Source: Eutreptiella sp. 'Long Island Sound 2002'
Taxonomy: Eukaryota; Protista; Euglenida
Assembly (NCBI GenBank): GCA_964036045.1
Contig: OZ038379.1
Span: 29,512,001-29,576,000, forward strand
Direction of reading: 5' to 3'
DNA length: 64,000 nt
Shown here: positions 54,388 through 62,090 of the stretch, piece after piece
How positions within the stretch are numbered: the first letter of the stretch is position 1
How the letters are laid out: each line of letters starts with the position of its first letter
Translations under genes and position numbers: made by a program
Notes under the pieces: generated by a model
Told to the model about the DNA's origin: nothing
Databases searched by the model: none
What the model saw: the letters and a program-made list of their open reading frames with translations, nothing else

Positions 54388-56395
54388 GTGCATGTGTGCG
54401 TGCGTGTGTGCGTGCGTGGGTGTTGTGCGTGCGTGTTGTGGGTGTGGGTGTGGGTGTGGGTGTGGGTGTGGGTGTGGGTGTGGGTGTGGGTGTGGGTGTG
54501 GGTGTGTGTGTGGGTGTGTGTGTGTTTGTGTTTGTGTTTGTGTTTGTGTTTGTGTGTGTGTGTGTGTGTGTCTGTGTGTGTGTGTGTGTCTGTGTGTGTG
54601 TGTGTGTCTGTGTGTGTGTGTGTCTTTGCCTGTGACTCCTCACGGATGATTTCAAACATTCCCGTATCCTGTTTCCCGTATCACTGCAGAAAGGCACCTA
54701 GCCTAATGACTTCATGACAGCTTCAATGCTTTGCCCTGCTTTGTGCTGTTTTGATTGCTCACTGGCCTGACGAGGTGTTCTGGGTGCCATCCGATCCGCA
54801 GTGCTCGTGCTAAGTGACAGTGGTCTTATCGTTTGGTTCCTGCACAAGTGTGTGTGTGTGTGTGTGCGCGCGTGCTTGCGCACGCGCCCGGTGACCAAGA
54901 GGATCTGTGCACATGCTCCTGTGTGCAGGTATTTTGACATTGCTTTCCAGAAGTATCGAAACGTCGTGTCCCACGGGGTGAAAAAGCACGTGGAACTGTA
55001 TTGGGCTGGACCCGAACTGCGCTGGGGAGTACGTGCTCTGGAGGACATCAAGAAGGGGGAGTTTGTGATGACGTACGTTGGAGAAGTCATTACAGATTGT
55101 GAGGTATAGCGAGATGGTGGTGAGATGGTGCACATGACAATCTGGAAGTAAGTAAAACGAATTGAGGGTGCTGTCCTGCAGGGCATGCATGTGCCCTGTG
55201 GCATGCCCTGGGGTCGCATGCATAAGAGTAACCAAGGCAAAATACCGGTGTGGCAGGTTTTGGATGCAACGGTTCATGTGTGGATATATTGTCTCACGGC
55301 ATGCAAATGTGGCGCTTCTTTGTGACATAGCAACACATGATACACTTCAGCTGATTGGCAAGAAAGACAAGTTGTTGATGGATAGGGGAAAAGGGCATGT
55401 GTTGGCATGAGCATGTGTGAAACCAGCCAGAAGAACCCAAACTGCAAACCAGTTTTCAACATTGGTCTCAATCCTTGGTGAAGGACACTCAACGTCGCCA
55501 TTGTATCACATAACTACTGCTGCATGGTGAAGAGTAGGCTTTATTTTTTCACTTTTCTTGCGATCAATGTCCGATGCACGGTCCTACTATTGTGGCACCC
55601 GCTGCTGTAAGCATGCACCTGCTGCATGCTGTAAGCAACCTGTAGTGAACACTGGGTATCACCATCTGCAGCCTCATATTTGGATTCACTGTGTACAATG
55701 AGTTCCCTCCATACTGCAGCCACAGCTGTAGTCACTGTTCCATGTCATGGGCTCTGTTAGGGGGCCCATATTCCGGTTTTGTCTGTTGTTGGGGGAGGAG
55801 GTGGGGGGTTCCACTTTGAGCAGCAAAAAAGGCCACTGTCAAAGAAAAACTTTGCTGCAGCCTTTGGCCTTCTTCATGCCGCTTCAGTCAATTATAAGCA
55901 TTTTCAGTGCAATATTGACATGTGGGGGTGGGAGGGGGGTAGGATGCTTGGGTACGCAAGCTGGATGAGACGAATCGCTGAGCGAACATTTTTGACCACC
56001 GTTCTTAGCATCACTGGGAACCAGACTGGTCACGGCATCATTTTCAGGCTGAGAAGCGTGGTCTCATCTCCGGTCACCATGCCAATTGCAAGATCATGAT
56101 GATGAACGTGCCAGCACACACCGACGATATCCACACGTTCGTGAGGCACGTGGATGCTCAGTTCCTGAGCAACGCCGCTGCGTTCCTTAACCACAGCTGC
56201 AATCCAAATTTAGTCATGGTCAACGTCTACGTCCCCAAGCAGCCCATGCCCATGTTTGCATTTTTTGCCACTGATGATATCAAGAAACATGAGGTGATGA
56301 CAACGTCGTACAACTGGTACAACAAGGATCTGGGGCGGCCTGGGACGGTCCCCTGTCACTGTGGGTACAAGGATTGTTGCGGATGGTTGAAGTGA
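4499..56395 (+). CDS. Multi-exon SUVH/KYP-like histone lysine methyltransferase: 4x winged-helix-like repeat - SRA/YDG - possible beta-grasp insert - atypical pre-SET - SET - post-SET
   Basis: Exon model: 4499-4840, 5446-5874, 6782-7117, 7620-7985, 11335-11679, 24782-24986, 44548-44750, 47887-48249, 51349-51536, 52821-53029, 54929-55103, 56048-56395. All junctions are GT-AG and phase-compatible, about 1,170 codons. The SRA-to-SET part is well supported; attachment of the first four exons and the 5' end are less certain. Confidence 0.75.
5446..5874 (+). CDS. Exon, winged-helix-like repeat 2 (phase 1-1, 429 nt)
   Basis: Acceptor gtgcatag|gt, donor aaag|gtttgc (donor position least certain of the four). 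Peptide [14 protein letters not shown]...GLPTIL...[13 protein letters not shown]...[18 protein letters not shown]. Confidence 0.65.
6570..6640. repeat. Short degenerate (GTGACA)n tandem repeat in intron
   Basis: gtgaaagtgacagtgaagtgacagtgacgaaattgacagtgagcgtgacagtgacactgacagtg. Confidence 0.75.
6782..7117 (+). CDS. Exon, winged-helix-like repeat 3 (phase 1-1, 336 nt)
   Basis: Acceptor gctcatcag|gg, donor caag|gtatgc. Peptide [14 protein letters not shown]...GLSKIL...[13 protein letters not shown]...[18 protein letters not shown]. Confidence 0.72.
7620..7985 (+). CDS. Exon, winged-helix-like repeat 4 (phase 1-1, 366 nt)
   Basis: Acceptor ctgcttctcccttttccag|aa, donor ccag|gtgcgt. Peptide [14 protein letters not shown]...GICKLL...[13 protein letters not shown]...[18 protein letters not shown]. 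Confidence 0.75.
9090..9470 (+). repeat. Dispersed repeat with a GGGGAAAAT-rich core; related cores at about 16465-16560, 43250-43450 and 44280-44340 (reverse) and 48500-48560
   Basis: Repeated ggggaaaatgg/gggcaaatgg units flanked by ctcaccgc/ctcactga motifs; the complementary cccattttcccc motif occurs at the other sites. Confidence 0.7.
11335..11679 (+). CDS. Exon, N-terminal part of SRA/YDG domain (5' boundary uncertain)
   Basis: [34 protein letters not shown]...[10 protein letters not shown] matches the SRA motifs G.iPGipVG...R...H.P..AGI and SIVxxGGY. Donor tattcag|gtgtgc (phase 1). Acceptor ctctacag|gc is tentative because the frame is open from 11127. Confidence 0.9.
12240..13460 (+). 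repeat. Degenerate GAGCC/GGCTC hairpin satellite, block 1
   Basis: Dozens of variants of gagccgcgaaacacggctccaagcc, e.g. gagccacgaaacgtggctc at about 12330. Confidence 0.9.
15142..15320. repeat. (CACAG)n-like pentamer followed by (CCCT)n microsatellite
   Basis: gcacagcacagcacggcacaacacagcacatcacagc... then ctccctccctccctccctcc. Confidence 0.9.
15488..15935 (+). repeat. Minisatellite, 20-22 bp unit (CCCCCTCCGTGAATTATTTAC), about 22 copies
   Basis: GTGAAT counted 22 times at 20-22 bp spacing. Confidence 0.95.
15936..16460 (+). repeat. Minisatellite, about 39-41 bp unit (ACACCACCTCAGTGGAATATTTATCCAGAGGGGGGGGT), about 13 copies
   Basis: The cacctcagtggaat core recurs about 13 times with variable G-run length. 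Confidence 0.95.
16760..19630. repeat. Degenerate GAGCC/GGCTC hairpin satellite, block 2, with orientation switches
   Basis: Same motif family; A-rich orientation (gagccgcgaaac) alternates with T-rich orientation (gtttcgcggctc, cttggagcc), switching near 17.2, 17.55, 18.45 and 19.3 kb. Confidence 0.9.
21770..22170 (-). repeat. Degenerate GAGCC/GGCTC hairpin satellite, block 3
   Basis: ctcgtggctc, gcggctccgagccac, gcggcttggagc, ctctgagccac motifs. Confidence 0.8.
24782..24986 (+). CDS. Exon, central SRA/YDG domain
   Basis: [15 protein letters not shown]...[25 protein letters not shown]...YLPPQGYR matches D.G..l.YTG.G, Q.L..GN.AL and PVRVIRG. Acceptor gctgcag|aa (phase 1), donor tacag|gttaga (phase 2). 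Confidence 0.92.
25605..25760. repeat. GGGAACA/GGGTACA repeat cluster with internal hairpin; same family at 30145-30470, 31980-32315 and 34440-34665
   Basis: Shared motifs gttggggaaca, gggtacacgtgtaccc and ggtaacaaaat(a/g)(a/g)tgttcccc. catgtacccgcata (about 25624) is the reverse complement of tatgcgggtacatg (about 34539). Confidence 0.8.
25888..28764 (+). mobile_element. Full-length pogo-type (IS630/Tc1/mariner superfamily) DNA transposon, 2,877 bp
   Basis: TA|CCCTCCCCCCCCCGTGCCCAAGAACCA (25888-25914) and TGGTTCTTGGGCACGGGGGGGGAGGG|TA (28739-28764) are inverted, differing only by one base in the C/G run. TA on both sides; internal transposase. Confidence 0.93.
26155..28481 (+). CDS. pogo-type DDD transposase, two exons (26155-27110, 27197-28481), 746 aa, apparently intact
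   Basis: CENP-B/Tc5-type HTHs ([10 protein letters not shown]...AARIYKV; [12 protein letters not shown]...[11 protein letters not shown]...[12 protein letters not shown]). Intron tacag|gtccgt...ctttgcag|g (86 bp, phase 2) joins the two ORFs in frame. Catalytic GDETSV, VDGAPSH and TPWAQACD, with 35 residues between the 2nd and 3rd Asp. Confidence 0.9.
28767..32547 (+). pseudogene. Multi-exon gene for a charged low-complexity protein with a Tudor-like start and a CxxC-x12-CxxC zinc ribbon; disrupted
   Basis: GT-AG exons: [31 protein letters not shown] (to 28858), [21 protein letters not shown]-rich exons, [21 protein letters not shown] (about 31320-31385), last exon 32323-32547. In-frame TAG at 31164-31166, an apparent 1-nt deletion in exon 31711-31772, and the pogo insertion at its 5' end. 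Confidence 0.6.
33085..34286 (+). pseudogene. Decayed piggyBac-type transposase
   Basis: [31 protein letters not shown]...YIYKGK (D1 region), LVCASFFGS (D2 replaced by A), [14 protein letters not shown] (D3 region), C-terminal CKQC...CSAC...HVKCFGVHH cysteine-rich domain. TAG at 33322-33324 and two frame changes. Confidence 0.85.
35440..37150. pseudogene. Fragments of an unclassified transposase-like gene family; N-terminal half on - strand (about 35.45-36.40 kb), C-terminal half on + strand (about 36.40-37.15 kb)
   Basis: Peptides [10 protein letters not shown] and [14 protein letters not shown] (- strand) and [19 protein letters not shown] and [13 protein letters not shown] (+ strand). The first four match RCPLDVH, DGNIHYRMTKLCYS, GIRHPYKY and LDYIPALFLL of the 63.2-64 kb copy. 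Stops and frameshifts present. Confidence 0.6.
37688..37960. repeat. Dispersed repeat family; second copy at about 47065-47345, partial copy at about 41790-41885
   Basis: ggggagcacctgac, gcaagacgaggc and ttgctcttt(g/c)aagatcccgccctcgaagct(g/c)agccccggc shared between copies. Confidence 0.8.
42565..42845 (+). repeat. Partial copy of the telomere-like-repeat MITE family (see 58536-59320)
   Basis: gtcctaggac...ggggcctccgtccaac...tgccaaagg...tttgcacccca...tatccttaaacccaacc followed by degenerate CCCTAA/CCCTAC hexamers, collinear with 58560-58915. Confidence 0.8.
44548..44750 (+). CDS. Exon, C-terminal SRA (YDG motif) plus linker
   Basis: Acceptor gctgtgcag|a completes AGA (R), giving [14 protein letters not shown]...FRIWRYHM. 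Donor ttag|gtgctg (phase 1) has the same context as the donor at 53030. Confidence 0.88.
44945..45787. mobile_element. Non-autonomous TA-flanked element (Tc1/mariner/pogo-type MITE), 843 bp
   Basis: TA|CCGTGTGAATTCTAAAGATTTGCGAAAAT versus the reverse complement of ATTCCGCGAAGCTTTAGGATCTGCACGG|TA (imperfect TIR of about 30 bp). Internal direct repeat acgcaaaaatgggttccgc at about 45048 and 45638. Confidence 0.75.
47887..48249 (+). CDS. Probable internal exon (phase 1-1, 363 nt); joined to the previous exon it gives a beta-grasp/ubiquitin-like pattern
   Basis: Acceptor gtcctcag|gt, donor cttg|gtatgc, open 121-codon frame. The join reads [38 protein letters not shown]. Confidence 0.55.
51349..51536 (+). 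CDS. Exon, entry into pre-SET-like region
   Basis: Acceptor tttatttgcag|gc (phase 1), donor cctgag|gtactt (phase 0). [17 protein letters not shown] resembles the D(I/L)SxGxExxPIpxxN start of pre-SET in SUVH/G9a-type proteins. Confidence 0.8.
52821..53029 (+). CDS. Exon, atypical pre-SET-like region
   Basis: Acceptor atttattcag|ggt (phase 0), donor gacag|gtgctg (phase 2). [14 protein letters not shown]...[10 protein letters not shown] resembles P..F.Y and PYd..GrL. Confidence 0.75.
54150..54630. repeat. Compound TG/TGGGTG/TTTGTG microsatellite in intron
   Basis: (TG)n, (GTGTGG)n and (GTGTTT)n runs. Confidence 0.95.
54929..55103 (+). CDS. Exon, N-terminal SET domain
   Basis: Acceptor gtgtgcag|g (phase 2), donor tgtgag|gtatag. 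RNVVSHG...[28 protein letters not shown]. Confidence 0.92.
56048..56395 (+). CDS. Last exon, C-terminal SET plus post-SET
   Basis: Acceptor cattttcag|gct (phase 0). AEKR...[20 protein letters not shown]...[19 protein letters not shown]...[14 protein letters not shown]-stop, with the NHSC motif and post-SET CxC-x4-C. Confidence 0.95.
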   Translation, partial: AEKRGLISGHHANCKIMMMNVPAHTDDIHTFVRHVDAQFLSNAAAFLNHSCNPNLVMVNVYVPKQPMPMFAFFATDDIKKHEVMTTSYNWYNKDLGRPGTVPCHCGYKDCCGWLK

Positions 56396-58535
56396 TGCCA
56401 TGCAGGAAACCTCAAAAGAGGTCATAACCAAGGCCGCGAAGGTGATCCTGTAGATGAATGCAGCGGACACAGCTGAGTGTACGCTTGGCAGAACAGGCAA
56501 AACTGCGGGGCCTCTTCCACTGAGAGTGTCTGGCAATTCCTTTGTGCGTTTATGTGTGTGTGCGTACAAGCGCATGCGTTTTGGCATTTGTGGATATGGA
56601 GGTATGCACATATGCACATGCATGTCCTTTTATTGTGTTTGGTGGGGCCCAGACACACTTTGTGACCCCGCAGCAATTTGGGATGGACACGTACGCGCAG
56701 AGCCTCCTTGTGTGTTACGGGCGATGCCATTCGCAGCGCTACCGGGGACAGGGGCACAACTGCTGACCTGCTGACGCTGCTGCCGCGGCCCGCAAGGTGG
56801 ACCGCGAAGGTGACGAGCCTTGAGAACTGGACCAAGGACTGTGTGGAGGAGCGCCAGGCGATCGTAGCCCTTGCTGCCCCGTTCCTCTGTCTATCGGCAC
56901 GCATCCGGGGGCTGGACAACTGACTGGCCGTGTAAGCGGGCACTGAGTCCTTGACACACTCCCATGAACGAAAGTACAAACCTGTGACGGTGATGTACAG
57001 GCAACAGATTAAGGGGCCTGTCAATTCACCAGCCACACAACGCGAATCAGAGTCCTTGTTTGTCATATCACTCCGGCTTCTCTCGATTGGCAGTAACCGT
57101 TGGTGAGTGCGGTGAGGATGCTCTTACCTGAGGGATGGACTGTGGAAAATGGGACCAGGAACGTTGGTCCCCAACACATGCTTCCTCCTCACCCTTGAAC
57201 TTCAGTCCATTTCAAGATTTGTGATCTTGTAATCATTTCTTCATGCCCCCACATGCCCCGGTTGTCCCCCAGTTCCCCAACCTCCGACATGTTCTCTGAA
57301 ATCCTGATGTGGTGAGTGCGATGGTGGTGAGTGCATGTGCCTGTACACCGTTGACGCGCGTGGCGCACTGGGGGAAGGGGGGGTTGGTGCACAGAGCGGA
57401 CGGGGGGGGGGGGGGTTGGATGCTGTTGGTGCCAGGGGTTTTCAAAACCTGTGGTCTGCAGACTCTGTTTGCTGCAAGCGGACATATAGTCTGCTAAGCA
57501 GACGTTGTCTGTCGAGTTTTTATTTTCAGTTGTGAGGCGCACAGCGTCGTAGCGTGGGGGCAGGGGGCAGCACTGGGTTCACCCACGACCACTGACCAGA
57601 TTGCTCTCTGTCTCTTGTGCTGATGTGGACGTCATAGACAGACTCTTCGTGCCGGGGGGGGGGGATGCAGGGTTGCTTTGGCGCACCATACCTGTGGGCG
57701 CAGGCGGGATGGTGCGGCGATTGGTGCATGGGGAGACAGCAATGGGGGGGGGGGGGGGGGCTGTTGGTACGCCAAATGCGGTAAGTGCGCCAACAGATTG
57801 TTGCCGTGCAACCGCATTGCAAGCTTTTCCCCTTGTGTTGCAAAGCCTGATGGCATTTAGACTGAATCATTTGTTCTGTCAAGTGTATTGCAAAAGTGTA
57901 TTGCACGTTGGTTTGATGTGCAGCTGTGGGCTTCGATGTTGTCGCTATGGATGCGCTTTTCCTCGTTGGCGATATTCCATTCGCTTTGCAAGGAGCATTT
58001 CCAAACCCGTGGTTGCATGTTATCACGAGGGGTGCATCAGCAGTCTGCACCTGCGCACAAGCGCTGCGGAAACCAGTTGCCCTGGACAAGTGCTGCAAGG
58101 TACCTTGAGCGCCAACACTGGGCTACGGTGCAATCCCATGCTGATAATGCATCCCTTACTGCAAGACAGGTGGCATGCCATGGGCCATCGACCGCCGTCC
58201 GGTGCCCACAAACTGCCTCATGAGCGGCAGAGTCTTGTGGGGCTGGAAGGATTGTGGAAAACGAAGCGTCCCGATGATGTGGCAAGCAACCGCCCTTCCA
58301 GAATCCATAGGCACTGAGGACAGTTCTTTGTGTTTGGCAGCAGCTTTCAACGCCCCCCAAATGCAACTGGATCAGGAAATCACTGATCAGGGGCGTTCTT
58401 CTGGGTGTTGTTGCCCTCTGGTTTTGAATCATGCATTCTTTGGTGGTCTTGTCCACTAACATGAGGAGTTGGTTTTGCAGCTTCGGCGGCGCTTGAAGCT
58501 GGAACCTGTGACCCTGGGGAGTTTCTTGGGAAGGA

Positions 58536-59320
58536 CCCGGGGGGGGGGGGGGGCGACTCCGCAGGTCCTAGGACGCCAACTACCCCTGCTCCCCCCCCCC
58601 TAGGGGCCTCCGGCCAACAGTTAGTTGCCAAAGGTGACACCCTTAGGAGTCCATGGGCGCCAAAGGTGCCCGATGCTCCATGGGCACCAAAGCCGCCCAA
58701 AGGAAAATTTTGTCCATTTTGCACCCCAACACTATCCTTAAACCCAACCCTGACCGTAACACCCAACCCAACCCTCAGCCTAATCCTAACCCTACCCTTA
58801 CCCCTACCCCTACCCCTAGCCCTAAGCCTAGCCCTAGCCCTAACCCTAACCCTACCCCTCGCTCTAACCCTAACCGTAGCTCTTCCCCTAACCGTAGCTC
58901 TAACCCTACGCTAGGGTCAGAGTTATTGTTGGGGTCCAAAATGGAGAGCAATGATGTGGCAAAAGCCGCCATGAACGAAATTTGGGGGATCTTGTTCAGC
59001 CTAATCAACATGGCTGGCATGGCTGAACCAGTTCGCTGCAAAGGTTAGGGTTAGGTTTATGGTGATGGTATGGTTAGAGGGAGGGCAAGGGGAGGTAAGG
59101 GAAGCCTGTGCCCCCCCCGCCCCCACCACCCCAAATCGCCCCACCTGGACTGGACCCCCCCCCCCCTAACCGACCCTCCCGGACCCCCCCCCCCCCCCAA
59201 GCCCCTCCCAGACCCCCCCCCCCCCCCCCCGTCCCCCCCCCCCCCGGGGGGGGGCCTCCGGCCAACAATTAGTCAGGGGGGTAGTTGGCGTCTAGAACCG
59301 AGGAGTCGCCCCCCCCGGGG
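58536..59320. mobile_element. Non-autonomous TIR element with 8-bp target duplication (hAT-like by TSD length) carrying degenerate telomeric repeats
   Basis: GGGAAGGA at 58528-58535 and 59321-59328. Left arm cccgggg...ggcgactccgcaggtcctaggacgccaactacccc is the imperfect reverse complement of right arm ggggtagttggcgtctagaaccgaggagtcgccccccccgggg. CCCTAA-like array about 58737-58915 and TTAGGG-like tract about 59042-59077. Confidence 0.78.
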
Positions 59321-61804
59321 GGGAAGGATAGGTCGGAAGGAGCCTTCAGGAAACGTTCCAAAAGGTTTTTTGTCGATGTGAGCCCTTTACAGAAGATGAG
59401 CGAGAGATGTTCCGTTCTTGCTTGTAGAGGTCGTAAATACAGTCTGCGGAAGTCCAAACCGTCCTCACTTTTCAAATCCTCTTTGTGTGCTCAAGTATTC
59501 TGCTCGGCGCTCTGGTGCTTCTCTTTGGTGGTGATGATGCAGCCCCCCTACAGCTCCACCGACGTGGCCTTCATGCATGGGCATAACAGCGCCGCCAGTG
59601 TGGCAGCTTCACGTTCTGCGACGAGCGCACGGAAAAGCCAAAGGACCGACTTGTGCAGTGAGTGGTGCTGGTGGTGGTTGGGCAGGCCAATCCCGGGTGG
59701 GCCTCCAGGTGGGCAACCCAATACCAGGGAACCTCTTGCTGGCCTCACTGGACCCTTGATGTGAGAGCCTAAAGTTTGCAGAGCGACCTTTGACGCCCAC
59801 GTGTATCATCGAAGGCTTGCATAGCAACCGTTGCGACACCATTCAGACCAACCATTGAAGCCCCAGAGTGGCCCATGCACCAGCAATCTACAAGACCTGA
59901 CAAAGCCCACCTTTAAGGTGTGGGTTTCGCGTTTGGTGGTTGTACTCATCCAGGTGTGCTTCGTTTCTGAGCCTAGTGCCCTGCAATTATGTAGCCAGGT
60001 CCCCAACAGCTTTGCCTATGGTTGGGGATGTGTTAGAATGGTTACAATTTTCATGCTTGTCCGGCGTGCCTATGAAGGGCACACCGTTTGAGATGACACA
60101 AACACGCTTCAACCAGTCGTATCCAATTCCTACAATGATCTGCGAACGATGAAGTGTGGCGCTGCAGAAGCAGATTGCATTCGGCTCAGACTGATCTGGA
60201 GCTGCACTTCTGCATATTCATTTTTTTTTATACTTCATCATGTTCCGTTGTGGGACATTACTCGCCGCTGTGGAATTTTCTGACGTATACTGCTCTACGT
60301 TGATCAGCCGGGAGTTTTTACCTGTTTGGGTCCCTTTTTCGGATCCAGAAGAACCAGAATCAGGGATTTTGTTTGCGAAAACAGACTCATGGGTCTGGCC
60401 CATTCCGACTTGCACCCAGGGTGCAGCTACTTGGAGTTCTGATTGACTGGACGAAATTCACATGCACTGTCAGATGCACTGAGCTGCCGCTGCATCTACC
60501 ACCAGATTATGCATGCAACCTGGCATCTTTCATTCATTTCACACTGGGGTGCTGATCACTGCATGCATCCACTCCAGACCCTCAATGTGCAACTCCAAAA
60601 CATGTGCACATGTGCATCCTTGAAAATTACATATGGTGGGTTTGCCACTGTTGGACCTGCTGTGGGTAGCCCAGCATATCCGTCCAAAGTCAGGAATGAT
60701 AGCAAGTTGCAGTCCACTCAAATTTCTGCACTGATTTTGTCAAACCAAGTCATGAACGTCGTGGGACTGTGGCCATCAACCTGCACGTGCACCTGCAGAG
60801 ATCGCCAAGTGCATTATTGTATTTTGACATGGCCCCTGTCTGTCTGCTTGGGTTTATTCCGGAAGCAAGATTTCCTGAAGAAACTGTCCATATGCCCAGC
60901 AGTGACACGAAGGAAAGATGTGAATTATTTTAATTTTTCTGTCCACATATTTATCATCTCCCATGGGGAACTGCTTCCCGCTTGGTGTGTCAATTTTCTG
61001 AAAGAATGAAGGTTAAGAAGGAGGCTACAGAGGAAGGATGCAAGGCACCAAGAAGAAGGTGCACTGGAATTGCAGCACAAAGAGGGGGTAAACATGGGTC
61101 TGCCAGCTGACTCGCCAACGAAAGGGAACACTCGAAATGCAGTGCCATAGTAAGAGCGGAAAAAGCAGCAGACCTGTAACCGGCAGAGGCACACAAGATG
61201 ACAACCAAAATGCAGCTGTGTGCACTGCAAAAGCTGTGGCTGGACAGGTGAGTTTGAGGATTTGAAGCAGCCCTCTTCTGTTGCAAAGAAAGTGAAAGAA
61301 TGGCAAAGGCACTTGGAAAAGAATCTTCTGAGCAGTGTAGTGTGTTCTGGGGGTGATTGGGTGCAGAGCAAGTTCTTCAGCGATGAACGTCTGTGTGCAT
61401 CTGTGTGCACGAGTGAGTGAGTGAGCGAGTGCCTGGGTGCGTGGCGTGTCTCAGTACTGTTGTTCGAAAAGAATGCAGGTTTCGCCTGGCCTCTGTTTGA
61501 GTGGTGAGCCACACCAACCCCTGTCCAAGCAATTTTGCACCCCGTTCACCACAGGACATGGAGTGAGAGAGCAATCACAAATCTGTGCTTTTGTGATTGG
61601 ATTTCAGAGAAACGGAAGTGGATGTGTGTGTGTGTGTATGCATGTTTGCTTTGACCATGCCTGTGTGTTGCTCAAATTTGTGTGTTTGTGTGTGCGTGTG
61701 TGTGATGCTGGATAGGGAGACCCTGGTTTGAGCTGCATGGGCATGCTGGGCAAAGAAAGGGGACATCGGGGGGGTGTCTTTAGCATAGAGTGCGCGCAGT
61801 GCAA

Positions 61805-62090
61805 CGGGGTATGTTGTAATTCGTGTAATTTTTTTTGCGGTAATTCCGTATACCAAAATAATCGTCTAGTTGTGTAATTTTTTTTGCGGCAAGTCGTGTA
61901 AGCCGGTCACACGCATTACCGCAACAGAAATTACGACGTGACGATTTTGTTGTTGCACGCATTTACCGCAAAAAAATTACACGACTTACCGCAAAAAAAA
62001 ATTACACGATGTGACGATTTTTTCCTACACGTGTATACCGCAAAAATAAAAAAATTACACGACCTTACCGCAAAGAAGCAATTACCAATT
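61805..62090. repeat. Foldback repeat built from GTAATTTTTTTTGCGG / CCGCAAAAAAAATTACACGAC units
   Basis: Two T-run units on the left are inverted relative to three or four A-run units on the right. Confidence 0.8.

Noticed and set aside
56678-56923. GC-rich ORF downstream of the SET stop
   Set aside because: Looks coding-like, but has no recognisable motif or supported splice partners.
58737-58915. True chromosome end
   Set aside because: Repeats are degenerate, internal and enclosed by TIRs with a target duplication.
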